From Pseudomonadota bacterium (GTDB taxonomy: Bacteria; UBA10199; 2-02-FULL-44-16; JBDRGF01): a stretch of DNA of 41,017 nucleotides. The notes under the pieces are model-generated. The model saw only the letters and a list, made by a program, of their open reading frames with translations. It did not search any database and was not told the origin of the DNA. The first letter of the stretch is position 1. Every line of letters begins with the position of its first letter. Position numbers and translations under genes: made by a program. Below, in pieces: positions 18,940 through 27,311 of this stretch. Where the stretch lies: NCBI GenBank assembly GCA_043818055.1, contig JBDRGF010000156.1, positions 1 to 41,017 of the forward strand, read 5' to 3'.

Positions 18940-19038
18940 TGTCCGATTAGGGGTAAAAAATGGTCTTATAGGACACTTTTGTCAACAGATAATTGTGTCC
19001 GATTAGGGATTAAAAATAGCATTATAGGACACTTTTGT
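18940..19038. repeat. Two 43-bp direct repeats upstream of the ATPase gene
   Basis: 18940-18982 and 18996-19038, 38/43 identical by manual alignment, each with TGTCC...GGACA inverted motifs; minus-strand TTGACA at 18980-18985. Confidence 0.85.
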
Positions 19039-19173
19039 ATTGTTAACTGTGGGACATTTCGCATGTTACGGTAATAGTCATTACCCCTTGACGCTCTAAT
19101 TTTCACCCGCTACTCTTCCCCACAGTTTTTTTACTTATCGCTTACAGTTTATAGCTAACACAAAGGAGCTCAC

Positions 19174-20571
19174 ATGATATTCGGTCCCACATATGATGAG
19201 ATGCTGCATCCTGAAAAGATCGACGGGAAAATAAGGGAGAGGGCGCTCAAAGTGCGAAATGATGACCCTCTCGACCCGATCAACCTCTTCAACATAACGT
19301 GGAAGGATGAAAAGAACAGGATCTATTATCAGGTCATCCCTGAGGAGATCACAGGTGTGGCCGCCCCGATCGTCGTCATATATTCCAAGGAATTTCCGAC
19401 AGGCTCGCACAAATCGGGCGCTACATATTCCGTGCTGATGGAAAAACAGCTTCGAAATGAAGTCGATCCCAAGAAGCATACGCTCGTCTGGCCATCCACC
19501 GGCAATTATGGAATCGGCGGGGCGTGGGTCGGTTGTCGCATGAAATACGACTGCCTCGTGATACTCCCTGAGGAGATGAGCCAGGAGCGCTTTGACAGGA
19601 TTGAGAGCTACGGCGCCCGCTATATCAAAACACCCGGGTGCGAATCGAACGTGAAGGAGATCTACGACAAGACGTGGGAGTTGAGAAAGTCCGACCCCGA
19701 TAAGATCCGCATCATGAACCAGTTTGAGGAGATGGCCAACTATCGTTTTCATTATCAGGTTACCGGAAATACGATCGTCGAACTTGCGAGCGAGCTCAAA
19801 GCGCAGCAGATCGGAAATGGAAAGATTGCAGCATTCGTTTCATCGATGGGTTCTTCCGGTACGATCGGCGCGGGTGATCGTATCAAGGAGGAGTGGAGGG
19901 ATCATCTGATAGTCGGGCTTGAACCTGTTCAATGTCCAACCCTCTATTCAAACGGCTACGGTGGGCACGACATTCAGGGGATTGGCGACAAGCATGTAAC
20001 ATGGATTCATCACACTGACAACATGGACGCGATCATGTGCGTCGATGACATGGAGTGTAAGTTGGGGCTCCAGCTTTTTACAGACGATGTCGGAAGCAAA
20101 TTTCTCACAAAAGAGGTGGGTGTGAAGGAGCAGGATGCAAAGATGCTCTCTGAAATTTTCGGCATAAGCGGGATCTGCAACCTCATCGGCGCGATCAAGA
20201 CGGCAAAGCATTATCGCCTTGGCAAGGATGATGTCATCGTCACCGTTTGCACCGACGCCATCGACCGCTATCATTCTGTAATGAAGGGGCTAGACGACCA
20301 GTTCGGAAAGCTGTCACCTTCCGAATCTCACAACAGGCTGCGCCATATCTTCCACGGCGCGCGCACGGATTATATACTCGAAGGGACTCAACATGCCCGC
20401 GATTGCTGGCACAATCTAAAATACTACACATGGGTCGAGCAGCAGGGAAAGACTGTCGAAGAGCTGAACCGCCAGCGGACGAAAGAGTACTGGCTGGAGG
20501 AGCAGTCGGAGATCTCTGAAGTTGATGCGATGAATCTAAAAAATCGCAATAATGCAATCGCTGGTCGCTAG
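19174..20571 (+). CDS. PLP-dependent enzyme, fold type II (cysteine synthase/TrpB-like)
   Basis: FPTGSHKSGA (PLP lysine), WPSTGNY, MGSSGTIGAG, HDIQGIGDKH; AAGGAG SD. Confidence 0.88.
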   Translation: MIFGPTYDEMLHPEKIDGKIRERALKVRNDDPLDPINLFNITWKDEKNRIYYQVIPEEITGVAAPIVVIYSKEFPTGSHKSGATYSVLMEKQLRNEVDPKKHTLVWPSTGNYGIGGAWVGCRMKYDCLVILPEEMSQERFDRIESYGARYIKTPGCESNVKEIYDKTWELRKSDPDKIRIMNQFEEMANYRFHYQVTGNTIVELASELKAQQIGNGKIAAFVSSMGSSGTIGAGDRIKEEWRDHLIVGLEPVQCPTLYSNGYGGHDIQGIGDKHVTWIHHTDNMDAIMCVDDMECKLGLQLFTDDVGSKFLTKEVGVKEQDAKMLSEIFGISGICNLIGAIKTAKHYRLGKDDVIVTVCTDAIDRYHSVMKGLDDQFGKLSPSESHNRLRHIFHGARTDYILEGTQHARDCWHNLKYYTWVEQQGKTVEELNRQRTKEYWLEEQSEISEVDAMNLKNRNNAIAGR

Positions 20572-20587
20572 TTACTGGTTATTTAGT

Positions 20588-20614
20588 GTAGGGGCGGTTC
20601 GCAAACCGCCCTAC
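20588..20614 (+). repeat. GTAG-type REP hairpin
   Basis: GTAGGGGCGGTT-cgca-AACCGCCCTAC. Confidence 0.78.
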
Positions 20615-20634
20615 ATGCAAAAAAGGCTTCAACA

Positions 20635-20748
20635 CGCACATTAAAGGCGCACTTTTTAATGGCAATAAATCGAATGAAAAACGAATAAACTCAATAAATA
20701 CAATATAATACATTATTAATAAAGGCGCACATTAAAGGCGCACTTTTT
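20635..20748. repeat. Exact 23-bp direct repeats upstream of the Fic gene
   Basis: CGCACATTAAAGGCGCACTTTTT at 20635-20657 and 20726-20748; an extra TAAAGGCGCAC at 20720. Confidence 0.85.
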
Positions 20749-20770
20749 TCTGGAATTGTTGCTATTTTCC

Positions 20771-21940
20771 ATGTATAGTCATCATATGTTTCCTGCCTTT
20801 CCTAAAATTAATAAAGAGCTTGAAAGACTCTCAGTGGAAATTATCAGTCGCTCTGCACAGCTTGGCAGAGGGCTCAATCCGAAACTGGTTAAATCGATCA
20901 GTGAGTTTATGATGAATATCAATAGCTATTATACCAACGCTATGGAGGGAAATCCCTCTCTGCTGAATGATATTCAAGCTGCATTGAATAAACACTACTC
21001 AACAGATGAAAAGCTTCGAAACTATCAATTGGAACACATGGCGCACATTTCAACGCAACGGGAGATGATTGAGCGATTGGAAAATGAAAAAGATTTAGAT
21101 GTTTGTTCAATAGATTTTCTTTGTTGGATCCATAAAGAATTCTATTCAAAACTTCCAGATGAACTTTGCTATGCACACACTCGGAGTGGCGAAAAAATAC
21201 CTGTATTGCCAGGTGTTCTCAGAGATCGTCCCTCTTCTGTGGGACAACACCTTCCACCCGTTGATTTAGATGAGGTACGAGGCAATCTCAATAATTTTCA
21301 AAGATGCTATTCTTTGAAAAATGTAGAAGAAACAAAAAAAGTTGTTGCTCTTGCAGCTTCGCATCACAGGCTCTTGTGGATACATCCCTTCAGAGATGGG
21401 AATGGAAGAGTTGCCCGCCTTTTTACAATTGCCTACCAGCATCAAATTGGTGTGGGTTCAAATGGATTATGGACGATCACACGCGCATTCGCAAGAAATC
21501 GGTCAGAATATGATAAGCATTTGAGTTTAGCAGATCGGTCAAGAAGAAACGACTTTGATGGAAGAGGACTTCTATCTGAGGAAGATCTGACATTGTTTTG
21601 TACATATTTTTTGAAGGAGTGTATTGACCAGTTGAAATTCATGGAATCGACTTTGGAGCTCCACGAATTTGAAAGAAGATTTGAAAATTATTTGGGATTT
21701 ATGGTTTCGCAAAAAAAGATTTCTAAAAAATCCGTCGAAGCCCTTCGCGAAATGTTTTTCAGGGGAGAAATTAAACGCGGAGATATTCAAAAGATATGCT
21801 CTGTAAAGAAAAGAAGGGCAACTGCAATTATCAAAAACCTTTTGGAAAACTATCTGATAACCAGCAATTCGCCACACGGCCCACTTCGACTCTATTTTTC
21901 AGATGAATCTGCAGCGCATCTGTTTCCGAAGCTGGTTTAG
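20771..21940 (+). CDS. Fic-family protein with N-terminal autoinhibitory motif and probable C-terminal wHTH
   Basis: HPFRDGNGRVAR catalytic motif; TNAMEG (S/T)xxxE(G/N) motif. Start uncertain (20756, 20771 or 20786). Confidence 0.9.
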   Translation: MYSHHMFPAFPKINKELERLSVEIISRSAQLGRGLNPKLVKSISEFMMNINSYYTNAMEGNPSLLNDIQAALNKHYSTDEKLRNYQLEHMAHISTQREMIERLENEKDLDVCSIDFLCWIHKEFYSKLPDELCYAHTRSGEKIPVLPGVLRDRPSSVGQHLPPVDLDEVRGNLNNFQRCYSLKNVEETKKVVALAASHHRLLWIHPFRDGNGRVARLFTIAYQHQIGVGSNGLWTITRAFARNRSEYDKHLSLADRSRRNDFDGRGLLSEEDLTLFCTYFLKECIDQLKFMESTLELHEFERRFENYLGFMVSQKKISKKSVEALREMFFRGEIKRGDIQKICSVKKRRATAIIKNLLENYLITSNSPHGPLRLYFSDESAAHLFPKLV

Positions 21941-22005
21941 AATATGGTGAAAAAACCCGTTACATCCTGAATTTGACCATATACCATATACTACATGCTA
22001 TATGC
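21940..22005. repeat. Heptamer-repeat element between convergent genes
   Basis: GAATATGGT ... ACCATAT ACCATAT ACTACAT GCTATAT GC followed by a T-run. Confidence 0.6.
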
Positions 22006-22016
22006 TTTTTTGTTTT

Positions 22017-22394
22017 TCAAAAATTCCCATTTACACCTACGCCGTAGGAGCCGTTTCCATTTTTTGAAACGTTGACAACCGGCGTGACTGATACCTTTGG
22101 TTTTTTCTTGATTAGCGCGCCGATGCCGGTGCCGATGCCCGCAGTGATTAGCATTGTCCCAACGATCGATACTGGTATCATTACCTTTCCTAGCCCCTTG
22201 AAATCATCAGGGTCGCCTGAATTGTTGTTTTTGCTTCCTGAACTGGCTACGGCTATATACGTTCCAATTGCTGCACCACCCGCCAGCGCCCCGATTCCCA
22301 TCCCCTCTAACCAGTACGATTTTCTTTCGGCCTTGCAGGGCAGGCTTGTCAGGATTGTTACGGCTGTTAATGCGATCACGAGTAATTTCTTCAT
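22017..22394 (-). CDS. Small exported/membrane protein with two glycine-rich hydrophobic helices
   Basis: Signal peptide MKKLLVIALTAVTILTSLPCKA, GxxxG segments, C-terminal YGVGVNGNF; AGGAG SD. Confidence 0.75.
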   Translation of the reverse strand: MKKLLVIALTAVTILTSLPCKAERKSYWLEGMGIGALAGGAAIGTYIAVASSGSKNNNSGDPDDFKGLGKVMIPVSIVGTMLITAGIGTGIGALIKKKPKVSVTPVVNVSKNGNGSYGVGVNGNF

Positions 22395-22433
22395 AATTCA
22401 CTCTCCTTTGTTTGTTGTTCGATCAAAGGAGAA

Positions 22434-22450
22434 TGCAAGCAGCCTGCCAA
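22434..22450 (-). promoter_or_regulatory. Putative sigma-54 (-24/-12) promoter
   Basis: Minus strand TTGGCAGG-CTGC-TTGCA fits TGGCACG-N4-TTGC spacing; IHF-like TTTCAA-N4-TTA lies further upstream near 22486-22498. Confidence 0.65.
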
Positions 22451-22582
22451 CTATGCCAAAAAGGGTAAGAAAATTTTAGTAACGATTTCAAATAATTAGG
22501 GGGTTGAAAAAATCACCGACTAAGGATGCCAGACGGCATTTATCCAACATTGACCAAAAATAACTAACGAAAATGCAAAAGC

Positions 22583-22660
22583 GCATGTAGCATGTGGCAT
22601 GTAGACAAAGGCTCGTATTGCTGGCTTTTTTCCACATACCATATGCTACATGCCACATGC
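22583..22660. repeat. Inverted heptamer-repeat hairpin (GCATGTR family)
   Basis: Arm GCATGTAGCATGTGGCATGTAGA (22583-22605) is complementary to 22631-22653 with 3 mismatches. Confidence 0.8.
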
Positions 22661-22670
22661 TGCCTTTATA

Positions 22671-22699
22671 TTGACAATCCCCTTTTAGATCAGTAGTTT
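22671..22699 (+). promoter_or_regulatory. Putative sigma-70 promoter of hrcA
   Basis: TTGACA-17 bp-TAGTTT, 9 nt before the ATG. Confidence 0.6.
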
Positions 22700-22708
22700 C
22701 GCCTAAAT

Positions 22709-23746
22709 ATGAATTTTAACCTCTCACAGCGGGATTCAGAAGTCCTTGAGATGATCATCACCGACTATATTGCAAGCGCGCGGCCGGTTGCCTCCAATGC
22801 CATCTCAAAGCATTACATCCCCCGTTTATCTCCGGCGACGATAAGAAATGTCATGTCCGAGCTTACTACCTTGGGGCTCATTTCCCAGCCACATACTTCG
22901 GCCGGTAGGATACCGACAAACCAGGGTCTTAGGTATTTTGTAGATAGCATGCTCGAGTTTGGAAATCTTTGTTCCGAAGATGAAAGGATGATCAGGGAGC
23001 GATTCAACGAACCTCAAGGAGGGATAAAGTCTCTGCTCACGCAGGCCTCACAAGCCTTGGCGACATTTACAAAACATGTGGGACTCGTCTCCGCCCCCGT
23101 CTGGAATGATGTCGTTTTCAAGAGGATAGAATTTATCAGGCTTTCAAAATCGAGGCTGCTCGGCATATTCGTCGGTCAGGATGGCCGCGTACAGAATCGC
23201 ATCATCGAAGTCAGTGAGGATTTTTCACTTCGCGAGGTCGACAAGATCAACAGCTATTGCAATAACGCCTTTCACAATCTCACACTCGATCAGGCCAAAA
23301 CCAAAGTGAGAAGGGAACTCGATGAACATAAGATTGATTATGACCACCTCATCGCCAAGGCCTTCACATTTGCAGATCAGATCTTTAACAAGCTCCCCTT
23401 GGGCGAGTTGATGGTCGATGGCGAGACGCACCTTCTGGATGCCTCACGCATGAACGAGGTGGAGAAGATAAAAAAGCTGATGCAGTTTTTGGATGAGAAG
23501 GAGAGCGTGCTCAAGCTGCTCGATAGGTGCAAGGAGGCTGAAGGGGTAAAAATTTTCATCGGAGCGGAATCGGGAGATGAAGCGCTCACGGAATCGAGCA
23601 TCGTTACCGCTCCATACTCGCAAGGGGGAAAGATCGTTGGGACGATCGGCGTGATCGGCCCTACTTATATGAATTATTCAAAAACGATTTCAGTTGTAGA
23701 TTTTACAGCAAAATTATTGAGCGATTTACTGGATGCAAAGGAGTAA
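22709..23746 (+). CDS. hrcA: Heat-inducible transcription repressor HrcA
   Basis: LSPATIRNVM, QPHTSAGRIPT, IFIGAE, GTIGVIGPTYMNY. Confidence 0.96.
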   Translation: MNFNLSQRDSEVLEMIITDYIASARPVASNAISKHYIPRLSPATIRNVMSELTTLGLISQPHTSAGRIPTNQGLRYFVDSMLEFGNLCSEDERMIRERFNEPQGGIKSLLTQASQALATFTKHVGLVSAPVWNDVVFKRIEFIRLSKSRLLGIFVGQDGRVQNRIIEVSEDFSLREVDKINSYCNNAFHNLTLDQAKTKVRRELDEHKIDYDHLIAKAFTFADQIFNKLPLGELMVDGETHLLDASRMNEVEKIKKLMQFLDEKESVLKLLDRCKEAEGVKIFIGAESGDEALTESSIVTAPYSQGGKIVGTIGVIGPTYMNYSKTISVVDFTAKLLSDLLDAKE

Positions 23747-23753
23747 GGTTATC

Positions 23754-24347
23754 ATGACTGTTAAAAAGGATTCAAAACAAAGGGTAAAAGAGGAAATAGA
23801 AAATGAGATCACCGGGGATGAGGTTCAGGGTGCGGGTACTTCCGAAGATGAGCAGGATGCGAAGTCCCTGACCGATGAACTCGAAGCGGCTCAAGCCGAA
23901 GCCAAGGGACACTACGATAAGCTCCTTCGCGTGATGGCGGAGTTTGAAAATTTCAAAAAGCGTATCTCGCGGGAGCACACTGAATATTTGAAGTATGGCA
24001 ACGAAAAGCTGCTCAACGCGCTTATCCCCGTCATCGATGATTTCGAGCGGGTCCTGGATCATATACCTCCTGACGCCAAAAATGAGCTCAAGAGCTTTGG
24101 CGACGGGATGGAGCTCGTTCATAAAAATGTCCTGACAGTGCTGGCCAAGTTCGGTTTGAAAGAGGTTGAAGCGCTGGGCAAGGAGTTCGACCCCAATTGC
24201 CATGAAGCGATCGGTTATCAGCCAAGTTCAAAGTATCCGCAGAACATAGTGATGGAGGTGCATCGCAAGGGATACTGGATGCAAGACAGGCTTTTGAGGG
24301 CAGCCATGGTTACAGTCTCTCAAGGGAAAACAAAAAAAGAGGGATGA
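23754..24347 (+). CDS. grpE: Nucleotide exchange factor GrpE
   Basis: LRVMAEFENFKKR, LIPVIDDFER, FDPNCHEAI, KGY...RLLRAAMVTVS. Confidence 0.96.
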   Translation: MTVKKDSKQRVKEEIENEITGDEVQGAGTSEDEQDAKSLTDELEAAQAEAKGHYDKLLRVMAEFENFKKRISREHTEYLKYGNEKLLNALIPVIDDFERVLDHIPPDAKNELKSFGDGMELVHKNVLTVLAKFGLKEVEALGKEFDPNCHEAIGYQPSSKYPQNIVMEVHRKGYWMQDRLLRAAMVTVSQGKTKKEG

Positions 24348-24354
24348 TCATATC

Positions 24355-26325
24355 GTGACAAAATCATTTCGAATGAAACTCGTTCTATCGTTCTTGTTCA
24401 CTCTTATCGTTATTTCGTCCGGATGCGGCAAGACCGCAGTGGCTCCAACTCAGAGCTCTCTCTATCCCAGTATCGCTGAAAAACAAGCTAGATTGGATTT
24501 TGAAGAGGCGAAGAGCAACTTTGAAGCGAAGCGATACGACCTTGCGCGCACTTTCTTCGAAGGGATCGTCGAGGGAGATTTTTACAACGAACTCACCGAT
24601 CCATCCCTCTATTATCTCGGGGAGATATCATCGATCAGAGGAAGGTCCGAAGATGCGTTGCGCTATTACGACAAGGCAGTTTCCCGCGTTTATAATCCAA
24701 AAATATCGCCTGAAGCGTATTTCAAAGCCGCGCTGATACTCTTTGAGATGAAGAAATATACTGATGCCGTTGATCATCTCTTGAGCATAAAAAGAGGGGA
24801 TGCAAAGACTGAACTGCTGATTCAGGCCGATTCGCTCGGCATGCTCTCGGCGACCAAGGCAAACTTTTCTACCTTTATCTGGGCGCTGAATTTGATGGAT
24901 GATTACAAGATGCTCTCAACGCCTCCACAATGTCTGAGGGCAGAATCTCAGGATGCGGATTTAGCTATTGATCAGGAGAGTTGGGGGTGTATCTTTGAAA
25001 TTATAGCAGAGGATGGAGCGAAGATGGTCGCGGATGAGTGGCTGCGCTATAATAATCTGAACAGCGATCAACTCGCTGGTTACTATGACGAACAGAGAAG
25101 GGGGCTCCATTCAGGGGGATACCTCTCATATGCGCTCGCACGCTCTTATTACTACGAGGGAAAAAGGGATGAAGCTCTCAAAGAGCTCAAGAATTTCAAA
25201 CAGAGTTATGGAAAGCATGATCTGTATGATCAGGCTATGCTCTTATATAATGAAGTGAGCGATCAGGTGGGTGAAGGTGGTGTTAAGATCGGCGTCCTCC
25301 TTCCGCTCTCGGGAAAATACAAAGTGTATGGAGATTCGGTGCTCAAGGGGATCGAATGTGCGGCAGGCATATACGAGCCGTGCAAGGGTTCCGGCAACGT
25401 TAAACTTTTTATCAGGGACACAGCCGGCAACCCGGGAGTTGCTGCAGAGGCGATGAGATCGCTGAATGATGCAGGCGTGGTCGCCGTCATCGGCCCTTTG
25501 ATGTCTATAAATGAAGAAGCGGTCGCGGCTCTTACAAAAGAATTTAAACTTCCGATGATCAGCTTTACCCAGAAGGGAGAGGCCTCTGCTAACGAATACC
25601 TTTTCAGAAACAGGGTCAGGACCGAAGATGAGGTGGAAACCATCGTAAAATACGCATCTGAGGTGAAGGGACTCAAACGATTCTATGTTCTCCATCCTTT
25701 GAGCGCAAAGGGGACTGAGTATTTCAAGCTCTTCGCAAAAAGCGTTATGGAATATGGTGGAAAGATAGTCGGCGATTATGAATATTCCCCAAACCAGCTC
25801 GGCTTTATGGAAGAGATCAAGAGGCATTTCTTGCTCGCGGGCGGAAAAAATAGTGACGTCTATTTTCAAGCTGTATTCATCCCTGACTCTTACTGGACCG
25901 TCGGAAGATTAGCGTCGGCGATATCGCTTGCGGGTATCGAAGGTGTGCAGTTTTTGGGAAATTCCAGATGGAACAACGATCGTCTGGTTCAGGATGCAGG
26001 TGAATTTATAAATAACGCGGTTTTCACGGATGCCTTTGTGAAAAATGGCAAGGATCTCTTGAGCCGGCATTTTACCGATGACTTCAAAAGCGTTTACGAT
26101 CTAGAACCGACGTTGCTGGAAGCTCTTGGGTTCGACTCTGCAAGGATGATCATCTCATCTTCACAAAGCGGCAGCGATCCGGGCAGGGATTATGTCAAAA
26201 AGCATCTCTCGAACATCAGCAATTTTCAGGGCGTCACAGGGAGTTTGAGCGTTGATGAAAAGAGGAATGTCCAAAGAAAACTCAAACTTCTCATTGTCAG
26301 AAATGGGAAGATCGAGGAGCTGTGA
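24355..26325 (+). CDS. LpoA/LppC-like lipoprotein (TPR region plus periplasmic-binding-protein fold)
   Basis: Lipobox SSGC, TPR-like helices, KIGVLLPLSG, AVIGPL, AVFIPD, EALGFD, FQGVTG. Alternative start 24373. Confidence 0.8.
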   Translation: MTKSFRMKLVLSFLFTLIVISSGCGKTAVAPTQSSLYPSIAEKQARLDFEEAKSNFEAKRYDLARTFFEGIVEGDFYNELTDPSLYYLGEISSIRGRSEDALRYYDKAVSRVYNPKISPEAYFKAALILFEMKKYTDAVDHLLSIKRGDAKTELLIQADSLGMLSATKANFSTFIWALNLMDDYKMLSTPPQCLRAESQDADLAIDQESWGCIFEIIAEDGAKMVADEWLRYNNLNSDQLAGYYDEQRRGLHSGGYLSYALARSYYYEGKRDEALKELKNFKQSYGKHDLYDQAMLLYNEVSDQVGEGGVKIGVLLPLSGKYKVYGDSVLKGIECAAGIYEPCKGSGNVKLFIRDTAGNPGVAAEAMRSLNDAGVVAVIGPLMSINEEAVAALTKEFKLPMISFTQKGEASANEYLFRNRVRTEDEVETIVKYASEVKGLKRFYVLHPLSAKGTEYFKLFAKSVMEYGGKIVGDYEYSPNQLGFMEEIKRHFLLAGGKNSDVYFQAVFIPDSYWTVGRLASAISLAGIEGVQFLGNSRWNNDRLVQDAGEFINNAVFTDAFVKNGKDLLSRHFTDDFKSVYDLEPTLLEALGFDSARMIISSSQSGSDPGRDYVKKHLSNISNFQGVTGSLSVDEKRNVQRKLKLLIVRNGKIEEL

Positions 26326-27311
26326 AGATATCCGAGAGAAACTTAATAGACATCATATCCAAAGGAAGCCTCAAAAGGGCTAGAGGTCTTCTCTGCGGCA
26401 TCGGAGATGACGCAGCTGTCATCGAGGCAGGAGAGGGAAGAGCTTGGCTTATCTCTACAGACGCCCTTTTCGAGGGTGTGCATTTCGATCTCGGTTATAC
26501 AACTCCTAAAAAGCTTGGCAGGAAATCGCTGAATGTCAATTTGAGCGATATCGCAGCCATGGGTGGGGTTCCGAAATTTTTTCTAGTGAGCATTGGAATA
26601 CCCAAGACTATCGACGAGGGCTTTGTCAAATCGCTCTATGCCTCGATGGCAGAGTGCGGAAGAGAGCATGGCGTAGAGTTGATAGGCGGTGACACTTCGT
26701 CGTCAAAATCGGATCTGGTCATATCGGTCACGATAATAGGAGAGGCGAAAAGTGGTTCAGTTGTATTTCGATCGGGCGCCAGATCGGGTGACTCGATCTT
26801 CGTGAGTGGAATGCCAGGGTTCTCCGCATTAGGCCTTGAGATGTTAAAACGAAGAATTAAAAAGCCATCGATGTTTATCGAAAAACATCTCGATCCCACA
26901 CCTCAATTGAAGCTTGGAAAATGGCTGGCTGATACGGGAATAGTCAATTCGATGATCGATGTGAGCGATGGCCTGATTTTGGATCTCGACAGAATCGCTC
27001 AATGTTCAAAGGTGGGGTATATTGTCGAGATCGATAAGATCGTGAAGGATAAAAAATTCGATGAAGTTGCAGGGAAGATGCGATTGTCGCGAGAGGAGCT
27101 GATACTATCAGGTGGAGAGGACTATTCTCTGCTCTTCACAGTCGGAAAAAGGAATCGCAGTAAATTTTTGAAATTATTGAAGCAGGAAAAATCCTTTTGT
27201 GATACTATTTACGAAATCGGAAGGATCACGGATGCCTCTACGAAAAAAGCTGTCGATTCAAAAGGGCGCACTGTGAAACTTCCTAAATTGGGGTTCGATC
27301 ATTTTTTGTGA
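26322..27311 (+). CDS. thiL: Thiamine-monophosphate kinase
   Basis: GIGDDAAV, NLSDIAAMGG, LIGGDT, MIDVSDGL, SGGEDYSLLFT, GFDHF. Confidence 0.96.
   Translation: MKISERNLIDIISKGSLKRARGLLCGIGDDAAVIEAGEGRAWLISTDALFEGVHFDLGYTTPKKLGRKSLNVNLSDIAAMGGVPKFFLVSIGIPKTIDEGFVKSLYASMAECGREHGVELIGGDTSSSKSDLVISVTIIGEAKSGSVVFRSGARSGDSIFVSGMPGFSALGLEMLKRRIKKPSMFIEKHLDPTPQLKLGKWLADTGIVNSMIDVSDGLILDLDRIAQCSKVGYIVEIDKIVKDKKFDEVAGKMRLSREELILSGGEDYSLLFTVGKRNRSKFLKLLKQEKSFCDTIYEIGRITDASTKKAVDSKGRTVKLPKLGFDHFL

Noticed and set aside
18940..19038. Possible mini-CRISPR array
   Set aside because: Only two imperfect units, a 13-bp spacer and no cas genes; overlaps a promoter.
9400..19040. Integron cassette array or prophage
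   Set aside because: No integrase, no attC-like sites recognised between modules, no phage genes.
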